NCBI GenBank assembly: GCA_965655095.1
Contig: OZ296648.1
Span: forward strand, 18,724,001 to 18,788,000
Direction: 5' to 3'
Source of the DNA: Haplodiscus bocki
Lineage: Eukaryota
Length of the DNA: 64,000 nucleotides
Made by a program: the position numbers and the translations under genes. A model generated the notes under the pieces. That model saw only the letters and a program-made list of their open reading frames with translations. It did no database searches and was not told the DNA's origin. Below, in pieces: positions 61,520-64,000 of the stretch. The stretch's first letter is position 1. Each line of letters opens with the position of its first letter.

Positions 61520-62123
61520 ATGCGCTACAGACCCCTTATGTACTGTTTCTGCCGTAATTACGGTTATGGCAGATTACCAGAAATTAACCCAAAAGATTTT
61601 GAGTTACCTGCTTTTAAAGATCCCAGAGAGACCGGGTTGAAGCATAACTTGACCCTGGATGACATCCAGATACCCCCCACATATGACGACATCGTGATAC
61701 CCACTGAAAACAAACTAACTTACGTTCCTGCCCAGCCCATGTTATTGAAGCCAGAAAAAATGACCAAGACTTTGCACCATATAATCGGAGTTGAAAAAGA
61801 CATAACTAAAAACACTATTTTGAGCAAACAGTTCGGCATTGTTGCCTTGCGTGGAGGATACTTCAAGCATGAAAACTTTGAACATGTACGCTCGAACGTT
61901 AATTGTCAGATTGAGGATCACATGTACGCTCAATGGGTTATTCCGCCTCCTTGGAAGCCCATCACGAAAAAGTCACAAGGCGCGAGGATGGGCGGAGGAA
62001 AGGGAGATATTTCTTATTACGTCACTCCTGTGAAGAAATTCAATGTTCTTTTTGTAGTTGGTGGAAAATTCCAGTATGTTTACATCAAAAAATGGATGGA
62101 AGCTCTAGCTGCTTCTATGCCTG
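61520..62123 (+). CDS. MRPL16: Mitochondrial ribosomal protein uL16m, exon 1
   Basis: QFGIVAL.GG.F..E.FE and PPWKPITKKSQGARMGGGKG.I..YVTPVK motifs; phase-1 donor GTGAGA. Confidence 0.93.
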
Positions 62124-62494
62124 GTGAGAAAGTTTATCAGCTTGAAAACTTAGATAGTTCAAAATGAGGCAATTTCGTTGAACGCATTTCGAAAAGTATG
62201 ATAATCTGAAAAAAAATCGAGCAATTTCAAATCAAACTTGGTGCCGAACCATTGGATCGTAAATTGAAAACTTTTTGAGCAGCTCAAAGTAAATGAAGAA
62301 AGTTTCACCTTAAACCATTTTTGTAGGAGAGAAGTTTCCGCTGGCGATTGCATTTTCATCCTGAATTATTTACTTGAATTGCTTCAACTTAAGTCTGTTT
62401 TGTGATAGGTTTCAGAAACGTAAAGGAACAAACTGCTCCACCATCTGAACACTATGCATTACTTCAAGTAATGGGAATGGTTTGTTTGTTTCAG

Positions 62495-62673
62495 TACCAT
62501 CTTTGGCAGTTTCTTACGAGCAGTTAGAAGCAATGAAGCAACAATATTTTTCTGCCAAGGAGCCTGATGGTAACCCTTTTACTGCCAAAAACATTGTTGA
62601 TTACAACATCGGAGGTCTTAGAACCAATCAGTTTGGACGTCTTCAGATTGAACATTACCTGGAATTTAGCTAA
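62495..62673 (+). CDS. MRPL16: MRPL16 exon 2
   Basis: TTTCAG acceptor in phase; AVS...L...NPFT......N..G C-terminal pattern. Total length 260 aa. Confidence 0.88.
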
Positions 62674-63125
62674 ATGTTTAATATTTATTCGCTCATATTT
62701 TTTGTATACAAAAATAAAAGTGTTTATAATCTCGTTTTTTCAACTGAATTTTCCGATACTCTTCTTTGATTGCAATAGGCTTCGTATAATTTTTGTCCGC
62801 TGAGTTTTGGAATTTGCTGAAAGAAATTTTGGTAAATGCCTCGGGAGAGATTATCATTGTTTCTCGTTTTGAGTTCCTTTTGGCTGAAAACATGCATTCT
62901 CACTCTAGAAGAGCCATACAGGCCTGTAATAAAATTTGGAAAATTTTAGAAAATCGTTGATTAGTCTGGAATTTTTTGTCATAGTCAGGCATTTTCTGTT
63001 CTGAAAAGTGCCCACTAAAATCAGCCTCTTAATTTTACAAACCTATAAATTGGCATATCTAGTAGGAATTATGTCTTTACTTAAATTAAAATTCACTTTA
63101 TTTTACACAATATTTCAGACTATTT

Positions 63126-63332
63126 ATGGCATTTTTCTTCAGCAGTGGCCCCTATTCTAGGCAGCTAGTTGACTTTGTGTTGAACCTCATTTTAACAAGC
63201 ATGGTCATCGTGAGTTGGATCTATGCAATCTATGGCTCCAGATACTTATCTAAACTGGTGCAGAGGAACGGAGGCGATCCTCTCACAAAGAATTTCATAG
63301 CAGACCAAGAATGTTTGGCCCTGAAAAACTGA
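63126..63332 (+). CDS. Possible small single-TM protein or terminal exon
   Basis: 68-aa ORF with one hydrophobic segment, preceded by a strong TTTCAG acceptor at 63118. No recognisable family. Confidence 0.3.
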   Translation: MAFFFSSGPYSRQLVDFVLNLILTSMVIVSWIYAIYGSRYLSKLVQRNGGDPLTKNFIADQECLALKN

Positions 63333-64000
63333 ATAACGCGTAGAAGTTGCACTGTGAATTACTCTTAGCCGCGGAGCCAAAGATTGTCAAAAAGCGGAAG
63401 CTGTGCTTTATAGATTGTTTATATAGATATTTTTGTAGTCTACTTATGTACAGTGTTAATTGAAAATGAAAAAAGCTGTAAATACTAATCGTGATCGAAA
63501 TATGCCGTACATGGTTTTTCAAGGTTATCACTATTGATGCTCTCTAAACGAGAATATTACACTATATGAAATTTGGAATCAATTTTGTGAGACACTTCCT
63601 TTAGGAAGCATAGATTATAGACAGACTGAAGCAAGAGATTGCGTGTGCATAGAGTTTCGGTCTTAATTTCTGCTATGATATTTTTGCATCTTTCCGCGTT
63701 TCAAACATCCGCATGGAATTTTATCATGAAATTTCTTATCATAGAAAAGCGCGGCTCTACATTAAGTGCGTTAGAGTTGAGAAATTTCATTGTGGAAATC
63801 TCTTTATGCAAACGCCGAGTTGTTTTTCGCCGTCCAAATTAGGGAACGAACGCTAAAAAAATTGGTACTCGAACGAAAAAAATCTAAAAATAGGTTAAAA
63901 ATTGCTTCAAGTATGAATGTTTTTTTTCCCTTAAAAACCCAAATTTGGCAAGAAAGACTTTTTGAAAGACTCAGTGATGTACATTTGAAGGATATTCGAA

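Overview
Repeat-rich eukaryotic (probably invertebrate animal) genomic DNA with spliceosomal introns. It has four parts. (1) 1-15151 is the right-hand ~15 kb of a decayed Maverick/Polinton (endogenous adintovirus-like) element. It carries the 5' half of pPolB on the minus strand, accessory ORFs, and a plus-strand cassette: packaging ATPase, integrase, minor capsid, core-like protein, major capsid and adenain-type protease. It ends in ...ACTACT. (2) 15152-~23700 is the 3' half of a Ty3/Gypsy element that this Maverick interrupts. It has an integrase, a ~3.4 kb pol-env spacer and a class I fusion-type env. The spacer holds an antisense, intron-containing zinc-finger gene and an antisense signal-peptide/Cys-rich micro-ORF. 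(3) A three-exon PAQR (membrane progestin receptor-like) gene has a 17.3 kb first intron containing a second, full-length but decayed 14.4 kb Maverick (27158-41552, AGTAGT termini, 6-bp TSD). This element has a different pPolB and layout, and its first ORF carries a Rep_2-like HUH motif. (4) Intact spliced GNPAT and MRPL16 genes lie among MITEs, satellites and other short repeats. All calls come from motif recognition by eye; no searches were run.
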